From an uncultured Armatimonadia bacterium (GTDB taxonomy: Bacteria; Armatimonadota; Zipacnadia; CAVVLO01): a DNA stretch of 64,000 bases. Location of the stretch: positions 1,536,001-1,600,000 of the forward strand of contig CAVVLO010000002.1 of the NCBI GenBank assembly GCA_963749155.1, read 5' to 3'. A program made the position numbers and the translations under genes. This document shows, piece after piece, positions 1 to 9,133 of the stretch. Below the pieces are notes generated by a model. That model was not told where the DNA came from. It saw only the letters and a list, made by a program, of their open reading frames with translations, and did not search any database. How positions within the stretch are numbered: the first letter of the stretch is position 1; the number at the start of each line of letters is the position of its first letter.

Positions 1-264
1 AACGAAGGTCAGGACATCGCCATAGAGGATCATATCGTTAGGATCCTGGGCCAGGAGGATACCTTTCCAAAGACTGATATTTGTCTCCACCGAATCGTAG
101 CGCGGGGCATCGCCTGTACCATCGCCATCATCATCGCCCGGAATGGGTGGTGGGGCCATATTTGTTGGTGGTGGTGGCGGAGGTACCTGGGCCCAGGCAC
201 CAGCGCAGATAAACACGAAAAGCGCCAGTATCACAAGCAGAATAACAAATCCCTGAAGTCTCAC
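1..264 (-). CDS. Secreted hypothetical protein, partial (runs off the window start)
   Basis: Read by hand: GTG at 264 with AAGGAGGAA RBS (271-279). MRLQGFVILLVILALFVFICAGAWA-QVPPPPP... gives a signal peptide, then a Pro/Asp-rich segment. Frame stays open to position 1. Confidence 0.7.
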   Translation of the reverse strand, partial: MRLQGFVILLVILALFVFICAGAWAQVPPPPPPTNMAPPPIPGDDDGDGTGDAPRYDSVETNISLWKGILLAQDPNDMILYGDVLTFV

Positions 265-640
265 TTTTGGTTCCTCCTTGAAAAGCCCGGACAGCCAACT
301 TGTTGTAGTGACTTTTTCAAAAGCCAACAAACCTTGCCGTCAAGCCCACCGGCGCTTTGCGCCCCTTTTAGCAATTTTCAATATACCACTCCGGCAAGAG
401 CCTTCCGGAGAGTTGCACGATAATTGAACAGAATTTTATCCTTTGTGACCTCAAATATATCGATTTGTGACCACCAAAAGGCCCCTTCTTAAGGCACAAA
501 CGGCGTTGTTACGGGGATTGCACGCCTTGGAAACGCTTGGAAGCCGAAAAGGCAGAAAAAGGCAGTGAAAAACGACTTGTCCGACAAGGCTACAACCGGC
601 CTGGCAAGGCCAGGCTAAGTATTTAGAATATCCAATTGTC

Positions 641-675
641 AAAGAAAAGCCCCCGCCAAAAGACGAGGGCTTTTC
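641..675 (-). terminator. Intrinsic terminator downstream of GH38 gene (possibly bidirectional)
   Basis: GAAAAGCCC...GGGCTTTTC inverted repeat with A/T tracts on both sides. Confidence 0.6.
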
Positions 676-701
676 GTGTCATATTCTGCTAACGAAACAG
701 G

Positions 702-3302
702 CTAGCAAGTTAGCCGCAAGGTCACAATTTGCTTCGGTCCCGCGTTCAGAGTGACTGTTTTCCCGGTTATCGCCAGGTCTTCGCCAGGGGTCTCATCAAG
801 AGCAGCAAGCCTCACTGTAGAAAAGTCCTTGCCAAGTCCCAGGCTGGTTTGAACGGCCGTGGGCAGGGGATTGAATAGGCGCACAACAAGATCGCCGCTA
901 CCATCTTCGGCCTGCTTGACTGCCGTGAGCAGCAGAGGGCAAGGCTCCAGCTCGAGCCAACTCTTGCTGGAAGGACTAGTGCCCGCACCCTGGGCCGTGT
1001 GAAGAGCAAGAGGCGGCGCCAGGAAGGCATCGGCTTCGGCTGCAGTGGGAGTCCAGTCACCAGAGAAAGGCAACAACGAGTATTCGAACTCATAGTCGCC
1101 GATACATTGACCGCCCTCGTCCAGGATCTCGCCTTCGCCTGCGGCGCCCAGCCGGGCGAGGGCGCCGGTACAGCGCAGTAGCGTTATCGCCAGAGAGCGC
1201 CCCGCGTCATCGTAGAGTTCGTATTCACAGAGACCCTTGCTTGCCACCATAAGGCCGCGCACCCCATCTGTGGCCGCGCACCAGCCATACTGGGCGCGCG
1301 AGGGGTCGGAGGGTATCCTGCCCCACTCCGGAGGATTGCCGATTGGGCGGGTCACGACATCATACTGGCCGAGAGCGAAGCTCTCCTCGGTCGCGGCGCC
1401 CGTGCGGAAACAGGCGCGCAGCCTGTGGTCGCGCGCCCGGTTGTCGATGAAAGTGCGCACATCGACGCGCGGCAGCCCTGAGTAAAGAGAGACTTCGCAG
1501 CGGACAGGACAAACAATTGTCAATTCATCGCGCGACTCTACATTGGAAGTCCTTGGCAACTCCAGGTCATATTCCAGGCAGTAAGTCACCGAAGCAGGGC
1601 CCGAGGCTACCAGGCTCAGGCGCTTGCAGGCGACGCGAGAGTCCACCAGAGTGTCTTTCCGGGGGGCGCGATACTGGTACTCGTCGCCGAAATCGCCCCC
1701 GTCAATCAACACATTGAGGTCAGGATAGACCTCTCCGCTTGCCTTGTCGGTGATGGTTAGAGTGCCGTCCTGGGCAAGTTGGAGCTGCAAGAACTCGTTT
1801 TCGGCCTTTAGTCCATCTACCAAAAGGAGCCGCTCTTTACGACAGCTTTCGTTTACAGGGCGGACGCAGAAGCTGGAATAGCCAAGCGCAGGCAGGTCGG
1901 CGAGGAAGCTGATCTGATATTTTTTGGTCGGATAACGGCGAGGCAGCTCAATCGGGTTGTGGACTACCTTAAGCGCATCTTCAACCTTATTAACAGTGTA
2001 AGGCACTAGCGCGCCAGTCGAATCGAGCAGCTCGAACTCCAGCTTGCCAGTCGCCTTCACGAGTTCGAGTTCGGCGGTAACCAGCGCCTTCCGGGCAAAG
2101 GCCGAGGGATTGAAGACCAGCAACTGGGAATCGCCTTCCACCGCAAAGTCGGATTTCACCTGGGTGGCCAGATAGGTGAGGGACCGGTCGTTCATCATCT
2201 CGGCGACCTGCCTGGTATGCCTGAACCTGGGGAACATATCGGCGTGAGTCTCCTCCACCGAGCAGCCACAGATCGAATCGTGGGGATGATTCTTGAGTAA
2301 GGTCTTCCAGGCATAAAGCAGATAATCGTCATCGTAGGCGAAGTTCTTATCACTGATGAAGCTTGCCAGAGGTTCGGTATAGCGAGTCAGCAACAGTTCA
2401 TCTTCGAAGTTGCGCTGCTTCAAGTCTACCCAACTGGAAAGAGTGCCCACCAGGCAGGCGCCGCCCCAGTCTTCGCGCAGTTCGCCTTCCCACACCTCAA
2501 GGTCTGCTGGGGCTTCCTGTTTCACCGCGGCGATGAAATCGGGCAAAGTCGAGTGGACGATGGTGTCTGGTTTCAAGGCCTCGGATAGCTCTGCAAGGAT
2601 AGGTGAAAGATTTTCTTGCGCTTCCAGGTGGTCTACGCCATTCATAAAAAGCAGTTGGCTGGTAGCCACACAACCTGCGAGCTGGTTGCGCGCGCGCTGG
2701 GCATAGGCGAGGGCTTCCTCGGGTGGCTCAGGGAAACGCTGGGCATTGTTGTACCAGAAGGCCATATGGACTGACAGCACCTGGCTGCCGTCTGGGCCCT
2801 TCCACTGGAACTCGCAGGTGCGGCCTGGCCGATTTGCCCTGCCACGCCCGAAGATAACATTGTCGATACCGAAGCCCCGGAATATTTGAGGCATCTGGCC
2901 GATATTGCCGAACTGGTCAGGCAGATAACCGATCATCATCCGGCTGCCATAATCTTCGCAGATGCGCTTGCCGACCAGCAGATTGCGGACGCTGGACTCG
3001 CCACAAGTCAAATAAAGGTCGTTGAGCAGGTACCAGGGGCCTATCAATAACCTGCCATCCTCTATAAACTTGCGGACACGAGCCGCGGCATGGGGCCGGA
3101 CTTCCAGATAATCTTCAAGCACGATGGTCTGGCCGTCCAGATGAAAGTATTTGAAATTCGGGTCGGTCTCGAGAAGCTCGAGCAGGTGATCCATCAAATC
3201 AACCAGCCGCATACGAAATTTTTCGAAGGGCAGGTACCATTCGCGATCCCAATGGGTATGAGAGATAACGTGCATTGTGTAAGTACGTTCTGAGGTTGCC
3301 AT
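702..3302 (-). CDS. Alpha-mannosidase, glycoside hydrolase family 38
   Basis: HTHWDREWY, FHLDGQ, GYLPDQFG, MNGVDH and HPHDSICGCS motifs. ATG 3302 with GGAGGAG RBS. Confidence 0.92.
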   Translation of the reverse strand: MATSERTYTMHVISHTHWDREWYLPFEKFRMRLVDLMDHLLELLETDPNFKYFHLDGQTIVLEDYLEVRPHAAARVRKFIEDGRLLIGPWYLLNDLYLTCGESSVRNLLVGKRICEDYGSRMMIGYLPDQFGNIGQMPQIFRGFGIDNVIFGRGRANRPGRTCEFQWKGPDGSQVLSVHMAFWYNNAQRFPEPPEEALAYAQRARNQLAGCVATSQLLFMNGVDHLEAQENLSPILAELSEALKPDTIVHSTLPDFIAAVKQEAPADLEVWEGELREDWGGACLVGTLSSWVDLKQRNFEDELLLTRYTEPLASFISDKNFAYDDDYLLYAWKTLLKNHPHDSICGCSVEETHADMFPRFRHTRQVAEMMNDRSLTYLATQVKSDFAVEGDSQLLVFNPSAFARKALVTAELELVKATGKLEFELLDSTGALVPYTVNKVEDALKVVHNPIELPRRYPTKKYQISFLADLPALGYSSFCVRPVNESCRKERLLLVDGLKAENEFLQLQLAQDGTLTITDKASGEVYPDLNVLIDGGDFGDEYQYRAPRKDTLVDSRVACKRLSLVASGPASVTYCLEYDLELPRTSNVESRDELTIVCPVRCEVSLYSGLPRVDVRTFIDNRARDHRLRACFRTGAATEESFALGQYDVVTRPIGNPPEWGRIPSDPSRAQYGWCAATDGVRGLMVASKGLCEYELYDDAGRSLAITLLRCTGALARLGAAGEGEILDEGGQCIGDYEFEYSLLPFSGDWTPTAAEADAFLAPPLALHTAQGAGTSPSSKSWLELEPCPLLLTAVKQAEDGSGDLVVRLFNPLPTAVQTSLGLGKDFSTVRLAALDETPGEDLAITGKTVTLNAGPKQIVTLRLTC

Positions 3303-3468
3303 TTTCAATCTCCTCCTGTTGTGGAGGGGAGATTCGCGCGTGAAAGAGGGTATCCTTCCTTTTGTTCGAAGCTAGTGGAGGAAGTTGGAGGAGGGTGGCG
3401 AATCCTTCTTGGACGACAACCCAGCAGCAGTGTTGGATTGGCGTCGGCAGGCAGTTGGAGGAGTAAAG

Positions 3469-3888
3469 ATGGGCGCTTTCGATAAGGAAGTACTTTTCGC
3501 TCGTGGAGCCAGTCCGGACCTGCCTTATGCGCCGGCAGTGGCTTCAGGGCCGTTTGTGTTTTCCTCTGGCCAGATCGGAAAAAATGTGGAAACTGGCGAG
3601 ATGGCGCCCGATTTCGCCACTCAGGCGCGTCAAGCGCTGGAAAATCTGCGCGAACTTATGGCGCGCTCGCACGTATTGCAGGATAATATACTTAAGGTGA
3701 CTGTCTACCTGGTAAATGAGGAAGACTACGCCAAGCTGAACGAGTTATTCGTGGAGTTCTTCCCGAGGAAGAAACCCGCGCGAACTACCGTGGTAGTAAA
3801 GGCCCTGCCCTTTGGGGCCTTGATAGAGGTTGAGGCAATGGGCACTCGTATTTACGAGCCCCCCTCGACCGGAAGCTATGTAACGTAG
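3469..3888 (+). CDS. ridA: RidA/YjgF family enamine deaminase
   Basis: SSGQIG, LKVTVYL, PARTTV (catalytic Arg) and IEVEA motifs. ATG 3469 after GGAGGAG. Confidence 0.85.
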   Translation: MGAFDKEVLFARGASPDLPYAPAVASGPFVFSSGQIGKNVETGEMAPDFATQARQALENLRELMARSHVLQDNILKVTVYLVNEEDYAKLNELFVEFFPRKKPARTTVVVKALPFGALIEVEAMGTRIYEPPSTGSYVT

Positions 3889-3900
3889 GCGTTCTTCAAG

Positions 3901-3930
3901 TTGACACCCGTTTTTAGGCCGTCGTATAAT
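3901..3930 (+). promoter_or_regulatory. Sigma70-type promoter of the TPR/PQQ/LapA operon
   Basis: TTGACA (3901-3906), 18 nt spacer, TATAAT (3925-3930). Confidence 0.7.
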
Positions 3931-4035
3931 GCCAGCGGGCGCGTACCGGCGGGGAAATATCTCGGCGGGCATCGTCTTGTGGGACAAGTGAAGAGACCTA
4001 TCCGTACGGCGGAATTTCACGGCACAGGGGGACTC

Positions 4036-6150
4036 GTGGTGAAAAACGACCGCAGGGGTTCATTATTGCTTGTCACCTGCCTTCTGCTGGGCGTAATGGT
4101 GGGCATCCTGGCTTATCCGCAGGTCACCTCGCCCTCCTGGCAGAATGCGCTTGAGGCTGTCGCTGATCGCGACTGGCAGGATGCAGTGGACCAACTGAAG
4201 CAAGTACAGCAGCAGTACCCGGACTTTGCCCCCGCCAGTTATTTCCTCGGCAGGGCTTATATGGGGCTCGAGCGCTATACCGAAGCGGTGGACGCTTTCG
4301 ATAAAGCGCTTGGCATAGCGCCGCTTGCCGCCGATATCAATTTCTACAAGGGCCAGGCCCTCGTAGAAAGAGGCGACATACTCAGCGCGATGGGCAGTCT
4401 CAATGATGAGCTGGCCGTCCGCAGGGGCGCGCGCTGGCCCGAGGTGCTCATCGAACTGGCTGAGGCCAATATGATGACTGGCCGCCTCGACAACGCCCGC
4501 TCGTTGCTCGAGCAGGTCATCAGCATGGAGCCCAGGATGCCAAGAGGCCACTACGACCTCGGGCTTATCTACCTGGCCACCGGGAAAGCCAGACGGGCAC
4601 TTGAGTCGCTCGGTGAGGCCCTCTCGCTGATGAATGAGTATGACCGCTCAAATCGCGTTCGCGACGAACAGCGCAACCCGATGGGCGTCACCGCAGTCAG
4701 GCGCAACCAGGTTGTGGCTGAAGCCGAGTTGCTGCGTATCATCCGCGATGAGGATTTCGTCCAGAAGTATTCCTGGGCTATCTCCTTCGAGCAGGAGGGC
4801 TACTGGCCTTATCTTTATGAGGCTGTGGGCCGCGCTCAGACCGCTATTGGCGAGTACAGTGAGGCTCGCACTACTCTCAGGAAACTGCTGCGCGGTGACC
4901 TGCGAGATCATGCGCCTTACACCGTGTTTGTATATCCCAACCATTCTCCCCTGGTTCACAATATGATAGGTGTCGCTTTCCTCGAAGATGAGAAAGCTCG
5001 CCTGGCCAAGGGATTGCGCGTTGAATACATCGTGCTCGAAGGGCCCAAAGATCCCTATACGACCGATCCCCTGACTGGCGAACGCGTCAAGCGCCCGCCC
5101 AGTTCGGCGAAAGAAGAATTCGAGCTTGCCATCAAGCAGTCGCCAACTTACGCCGAGCCTTATGTCAACCTGGGTCGGATGTACGAGTTCTACGTGGACA
5201 GCTGGAGCGATCCCCAGAAGGCTCCGCCTTATGATTACGAAGACGCCATCGAGCAGTACGAGCAGGCCTTGAAGTACAAGCCTGACTACCAGCCTGCCCT
5301 TGCCCAGCTTGGTTCCTGTTATTTCAAGCAGGGTAAATACAATCAGGCGATGGCTTACCTGCAGGACGCGCTCAAGTTGGATGCGACCGACCCCATCGTA
5401 CACAAGTATCTGGGTATGACGAAGCTCTCCCAGGTGCCTGACCAGGCCGCTGACGTGAATTCGGTAGTGGCGCAGACGAAGGACGCCATCGCTTCCCTCG
5501 AGCATTCGCTGGCGCTGGATGCAAATCAGGCTGATTTGCACAATGCGCTGGGTCGCGCTTACGAGCGGCTCGGAGCGGTCACCGGGGACGAGGCGCTTTC
5601 TTACCAGGCGATGGCTTCTTATCAGGACGCCATTAACCTCAATCCGCGTCTGGTGGCAGCCTATATAAATCTGGGCCGTGCCCGCCTTACCAGAGAGTGG
5701 ACTCGGGCTGGGGCGCCGCTGCAGCAAGCGTTGAACATTCTGCCCGAGAGCGATGCGCCTTCGGTCAAGCGCCAGAGAGCCGAGTTGCACTATCTGCTTG
5801 GCGAAGTGGCTGTGCGTCAAGGGCGCAAGGCGGATGCGGAGACAGAGTTCAAGAAGTCGCTCGCATTGAAGGCAGATCTGGTGCCGGCTCAGCTTGCGCT
5901 GGCCAGTGTATATGTGGTCAGCAACAAGCCACTGGCTGCTGAAGAAGCTTACAAGCAGGCTTTGGATATTGCTTCGGATACGCTCGATCTGGCAAACGTG
6001 CATTTCTTGTATGGCAAGTTCCTGGAATCACCGGACCACAGGCGGCCTTTCGACGCCATAGCCGAGTATTCGGCCGCCTTGTCACTTGATCCGTCGAACG
6101 AGCAGGCGAAGCAGGCGCTCGACCAGTTGCTGGCTTCCACAGGAAGCTAG
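4036..6150 (+). CDS. N-terminally membrane-anchored tetratricopeptide repeat protein
   Basis: Hydrophobic N-terminal helix followed by many TPR units (YFLGRAY, HYDLGLIY, YVNLGRMY, HNALGRAY). The track start at 3901 falls in the -35 box, so GTG 4036/4039 is preferred. Confidence 0.8.
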   Translation: MVKNDRRGSLLLVTCLLLGVMVGILAYPQVTSPSWQNALEAVADRDWQDAVDQLKQVQQQYPDFAPASYFLGRAYMGLERYTEAVDAFDKALGIAPLAADINFYKGQALVERGDILSAMGSLNDELAVRRGARWPEVLIELAEANMMTGRLDNARSLLEQVISMEPRMPRGHYDLGLIYLATGKARRALESLGEALSLMNEYDRSNRVRDEQRNPMGVTAVRRNQVVAEAELLRIIRDEDFVQKYSWAISFEQEGYWPYLYEAVGRAQTAIGEYSEARTTLRKLLRGDLRDHAPYTVFVYPNHSPLVHNMIGVAFLEDEKARLAKGLRVEYIVLEGPKDPYTTDPLTGERVKRPPSSAKEEFELAIKQSPTYAEPYVNLGRMYEFYVDSWSDPQKAPPYDYEDAIEQYEQALKYKPDYQPALAQLGSCYFKQGKYNQAMAYLQDALKLDATDPIVHKYLGMTKLSQVPDQAADVNSVVAQTKDAIASLEHSLALDANQADLHNALGRAYERLGAVTGDEALSYQAMASYQDAINLNPRLVAAYINLGRARLTREWTRAGAPLQQALNILPESDAPSVKRQRAELHYLLGEVAVRQGRKADAETEFKKSLALKADLVPAQLALASVYVVSNKPLAAEEAYKQALDIASDTLDLANVHFLYGKFLESPDHRRPFDAIAEYSAALSLDPSNEQAKQALDQLLASTGS

Positions 6151-6207
6151 CCGAGGCAGACTGTCACTGCTTTCAGGGTCCGTATGGGCCCCTATGAGGT
6201 GAAGAGG

Positions 6208-8598
6208 ATGCGCAATCATCTAGTTGCCCTTTGTCTGGCTGCCTTGATGCTGGTGGTGTTAGCCAGCCTGGGTTTTGCTCAGACATGGCCCTTCTTTAGA
6301 GGCAATGTTGAGGGTACGGGAGTGGCTGGTGTTGAACTGACCCCGCCTTTCGCCTTGCAGTGGAAGTATGAATCCGGCGCAGCAATGCCTTCTTCAGGCT
6401 CGATGCCCGCCGAGATGACCTCAACCCCTGCCAGCGACGGCAAGAATGTCTATTTCGGCAGCGGCAACAAGGTTTATGCTTGCGAGCTGGACTCGGGCGC
6501 CAAGTTGTGGGATTACACCACAGACGGCCTCGTGCAGGGCGCGCTGGCAGTCTCGGGGGACCTGGTGCTGTTCGGCACTGCGCCAAGCGGCGTTGATACC
6601 CGCGCTGGGATAGGCGGCAGTGTCTATGCCATCACCGCTTCCGGCGGCAAGGTAAAGTGGCAGATGCGCAGGACGGAGGCAGGTTTTCGCTCCTCGCCGG
6701 TTGTAGCCGACGGCAAGGTCTTCATCGGGTCAGACGATTCCAATATCTACTGCCTGGACCTGGCCACTGGCCGGGTGCTGTGGCAGCAGTCAACCGGAGG
6801 CTGCGTGCTTAGCGCTCCCTCTATTGATAATGATGTGCTCTTCGTAACCTCGACGAGTGGACAGCTTCAATGCATGGAAATCGATACCGGCCAGCCTCTT
6901 TGGTCGACCGGCCTCGCCTCGCGCAAGGCCGTATCATCACCTTGCATCGGCGCAAAGTATGTCTTCATCGGCGCCGGGCAAACTATGTCGGCTTTTAGCA
7001 AGCGCAGTGGCGGGCTGCTTTGGTCAGTCCCAACCAAGGAAGTCGTCGCCTGCACCGCCGCGGTTGCTGATGGTGTTGTCTACTTCGGAGATGAATCTGG
7101 CGAGCTATACGCTGTGACCGAAGCTTCGGGCGACCCGGTCTGGAAGATCGACATAAAAACCAAAATCGAAAGCTCTCCCGCCATCCTTGGTAAATATCTG
7201 CTGGTGCGGGGCGCTCACGGTGTAGTCGTTATGGTCGACCGGGTAAAGGCCGAGACCGAGCTTATGCGGGGCGAGTCGCGCCTGGTCTGGTCGTATCGCA
7301 CCTCCCCGTCTTACTACGAACTGGTAGGCTATGCGACCCTCTCAGGTATGGGGAGCCAGTTTATGGGCTCCAGCGGTATGGGCTTCGGCGCTGGGCCGAT
7401 GGGAAGTTCCGGCTTCGGCGGTAACATCGCGGCTGGCGTATTGAACGCTGGTGGCGCTGGCGCAGGCCCGGGCAGTTTCCAGGCCAGCAACTGGCGTCAG
7501 GGGAATGTTGAGACTCTCACCGGGGCCTCGGGCACCAGTCTTGAACAGCGCGGACAGCGCGCTGGAGCCTTGGCTGGCCAGGGAGCTTTCGGTGGTATGT
7601 TCGGGCAGTCCTGGGGCACTGGCGCGATGGGCGTTCAGGGTGGCTTGCAAGGACTGACCGGCGCCGGCGCGCCGATGGGCGGTATGCCGGGTGGTATGGG
7701 CGCCCCTGGTATGGGCGGAATGGGAATGGCCGGCGGCATGGCAGGTGGTATGGGGATGGCCGGTGGCATGGGCACAGGCAGCATGGTGCCAGCCAGGCTG
7801 ACGCTTGAGGAAGAGATCCTGCTACGCCGTACCATCGATGGTCAGAACTCCGCGTCGGTGCGGGCCTCGCTCACCACTAGCGGCCAGGATCCCGACGACA
7901 CGCTGCAGAGCGCGTCTTTCACCAAGCATGTGCGTCCCTCGGTCGTCGTAGCCAACGGGATGGTACTTGTCTGGGGCGATGATGGCGCTTTGTACTCGCT
8001 CAAGCCCAATTACGTGGACAATGAGGCACCGTCGATTGTCGCGCCGCAGCTTGCAATCGCAACTGCCAATCCAGAATACATCGCCACCTATATGGTGCCC
8101 GACCCAACTCCGCAGCAGCAGCTCGTGGGCATCGCCGCGAAGCTTGCGCCTCTGCCGGGCCGGCCGCCGCTGACGCTGTCGGCGGTAGTCTTCGATGAGG
8201 GCAGCGGTATCAATGCGAGCGCCTTGCGCGTGTCGCTCGATGGCAAGCCTTACGATGATTACAAGTGGGATCCCCAGACCCGCGAAGTGCAAATAACTTA
8301 CGAGCCGAAAGAGACTCTTGAGGCTCTGGCTGATGGCTCGCATACCTTCTCGGTGGTCGCCAGTGACTGGGCCGGCAACCTGGCCCGGAAAGACTGGACC
8401 TTCCAAATCGACAACAGTGTCTCACCGCCCGAAGGCCCCGCGGTTAGCACCACCGGTATGGGTGGTATGAGCGGCGGAATGATGCCCGGCGGTATGGGTA
8501 TGCCTGGTGGCATGGGCGGTATGGGCGGTATCGGCGGCGCCGCTGGTGGCGCAGCGGGTGGCAGAGCCGGTTTCCGTATGGGTAGTGGGATGCGCTAA
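6208..8598 (+). CDS. Secreted PQQ-like beta-propeller (BamB-like) protein with Gly/Met-rich inserts and C-terminal Ig-like domain
   Basis: Signal peptide, WPFFRGN start, repeated 'SSPVV.DG.VFIGS.D..IYCLD..TG..LW' blades. C-terminal 'D.GSGI...DGSHTFSVVASDWAGN' Ig-like strand pattern. Confidence 0.8.
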   Translation: MRNHLVALCLAALMLVVLASLGFAQTWPFFRGNVEGTGVAGVELTPPFALQWKYESGAAMPSSGSMPAEMTSTPASDGKNVYFGSGNKVYACELDSGAKLWDYTTDGLVQGALAVSGDLVLFGTAPSGVDTRAGIGGSVYAITASGGKVKWQMRRTEAGFRSSPVVADGKVFIGSDDSNIYCLDLATGRVLWQQSTGGCVLSAPSIDNDVLFVTSTSGQLQCMEIDTGQPLWSTGLASRKAVSSPCIGAKYVFIGAGQTMSAFSKRSGGLLWSVPTKEVVACTAAVADGVVYFGDESGELYAVTEASGDPVWKIDIKTKIESSPAILGKYLLVRGAHGVVVMVDRVKAETELMRGESRLVWSYRTSPSYYELVGYATLSGMGSQFMGSSGMGFGAGPMGSSGFGGNIAAGVLNAGGAGAGPGSFQASNWRQGNVETLTGASGTSLEQRGQRAGALAGQGAFGGMFGQSWGTGAMGVQGGLQGLTGAGAPMGGMPGGMGAPGMGGMGMAGGMAGGMGMAGGMGTGSMVPARLTLEEEILLRRTIDGQNSASVRASLTTSGQDPDDTLQSASFTKHVRPSVVVANGMVLVWGDDGALYSLKPNYVDNEAPSIVAPQLAIATANPEYIATYMVPDPTPQQQLVGIAAKLAPLPGRPPLTLSAVVFDEGSGINASALRVSLDGKPYDDYKWDPQTREVQITYEPKETLEALADGSHTFSVVASDWAGNLARKDWTFQIDNSVSPPEGPAVSTTGMGGMSGGMMPGGMGMPGGMGGMGGIGGAAGGAAGGRAGFRMGSGMR

Positions 8599-8623
8599 AG
8601 CCACACCACGCGAGGTGCCTTGA

Positions 8624-9010
8624 ATGGTCTTTGTCTGGTTGATGCTCGCGGCGGTAGTCGGGATTGCCTTCACGTTCTTCGCGCAGGTTAATACGGCCTC
8701 GGTAAGCCTGGTGCTACCGGTCGAACCGCTTGGGCTGGAGAATATCTACATCACGACGTCTACCTGGGAGCTTATCGCCCTGGTGTTCGTGTTCGGCATT
8801 GCCCTGACTGCCCTGGTGGCCGTGTTCGGTGGAATAATGCGGGGCTCGGAAGCAGGCAAGCTGAAGAGCGAACTTGGCGCTTGCCAGCAGAAGTCAAAGA
8901 AGCTGGCTGAGCGCGTCCAGCAACTCGAGGCGGAACTGGCCCAGACCAAAGTAGAAGCTGAAGTCGTAATACCCGACAGCAAACCCGGCGAAGAGCCCAA
9001 GTCAGACTAG
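8624..9010 (+). CDS. LapA-domain membrane protein
   Basis: TM helix, FAQVN, second TM helix (VFVFGIAL), then a coiled coil, which is the LapA/DUF1049 architecture. Confidence 0.65.
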   Translation: MVFVWLMLAAVVGIAFTFFAQVNTASVSLVLPVEPLGLENIYITTSTWELIALVFVFGIALTALVAVFGGIMRGSEAGKLKSELGACQQKSKKLAERVQQLEAELAQTKVEAEVVIPDSKPGEEPKSD

Positions 9011-9036
9011 GCCACGAGTGCTATTTCTGGACCTTA

Positions 9037-9070
9037 CGAGGGGTCGCGATGGCGCGGCCCCTCGCTTCTT
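9037..9070 (+). terminator. Intrinsic terminator
   Basis: CGAGGGGTCGCG-ATGG-CGCGGCCCCTCG followed by CTTCTT. Confidence 0.55.
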
Positions 9071-9087
9071 GTACGGAGTTTTTCGCC

Positions 9088-9116
9088 TTGACTGAGGGGG
9101 CGTCAATTTATATACT
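9088..9116 (+). promoter_or_regulatory. Sigma70-type promoter of tadA-tRNA-ffs-dnaX
   Basis: TTGACT, 17 nt spacer, TATACT. Confidence 0.7.
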
Positions 9117-9133
9117 GCAGCTTGCCCAAAGGT

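Noticed and set aside
280..380. c-di-GMP-I riboswitch suggested by GGGGCGCAAAGC on the minus strand
   Set aside because: The preceding GNRA-capped stem and the receptor stem are not evident; only a short GGCGC-AAA-GCGCC hairpin
3931..4035. Riboswitch in the ~100-nt leader of the TPR operon
   Set aside because: Only weak stems and no match to an aptamer I recognise; would need an Rfam search
4648..6003. 451-aa minus-strand ORF, and similar long antisense ORFs (e.g. 58273-59649, 62069-63172, 41067-42134, 45453-46442, 43625-44548)
   Set aside because: Shadow frames opposite well-supported genes in GC-rich DNA; no recognisable motifs
7670..7780. Repeat array (CRISPR-like or VNTR) in the GGTATG/GGCATG-rich tract
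   Set aside because: Degenerate codon repeats of Gly-Met within a CDS; no fixed repeat-spacer structure. No CRISPR array was seen anywhere in the window.
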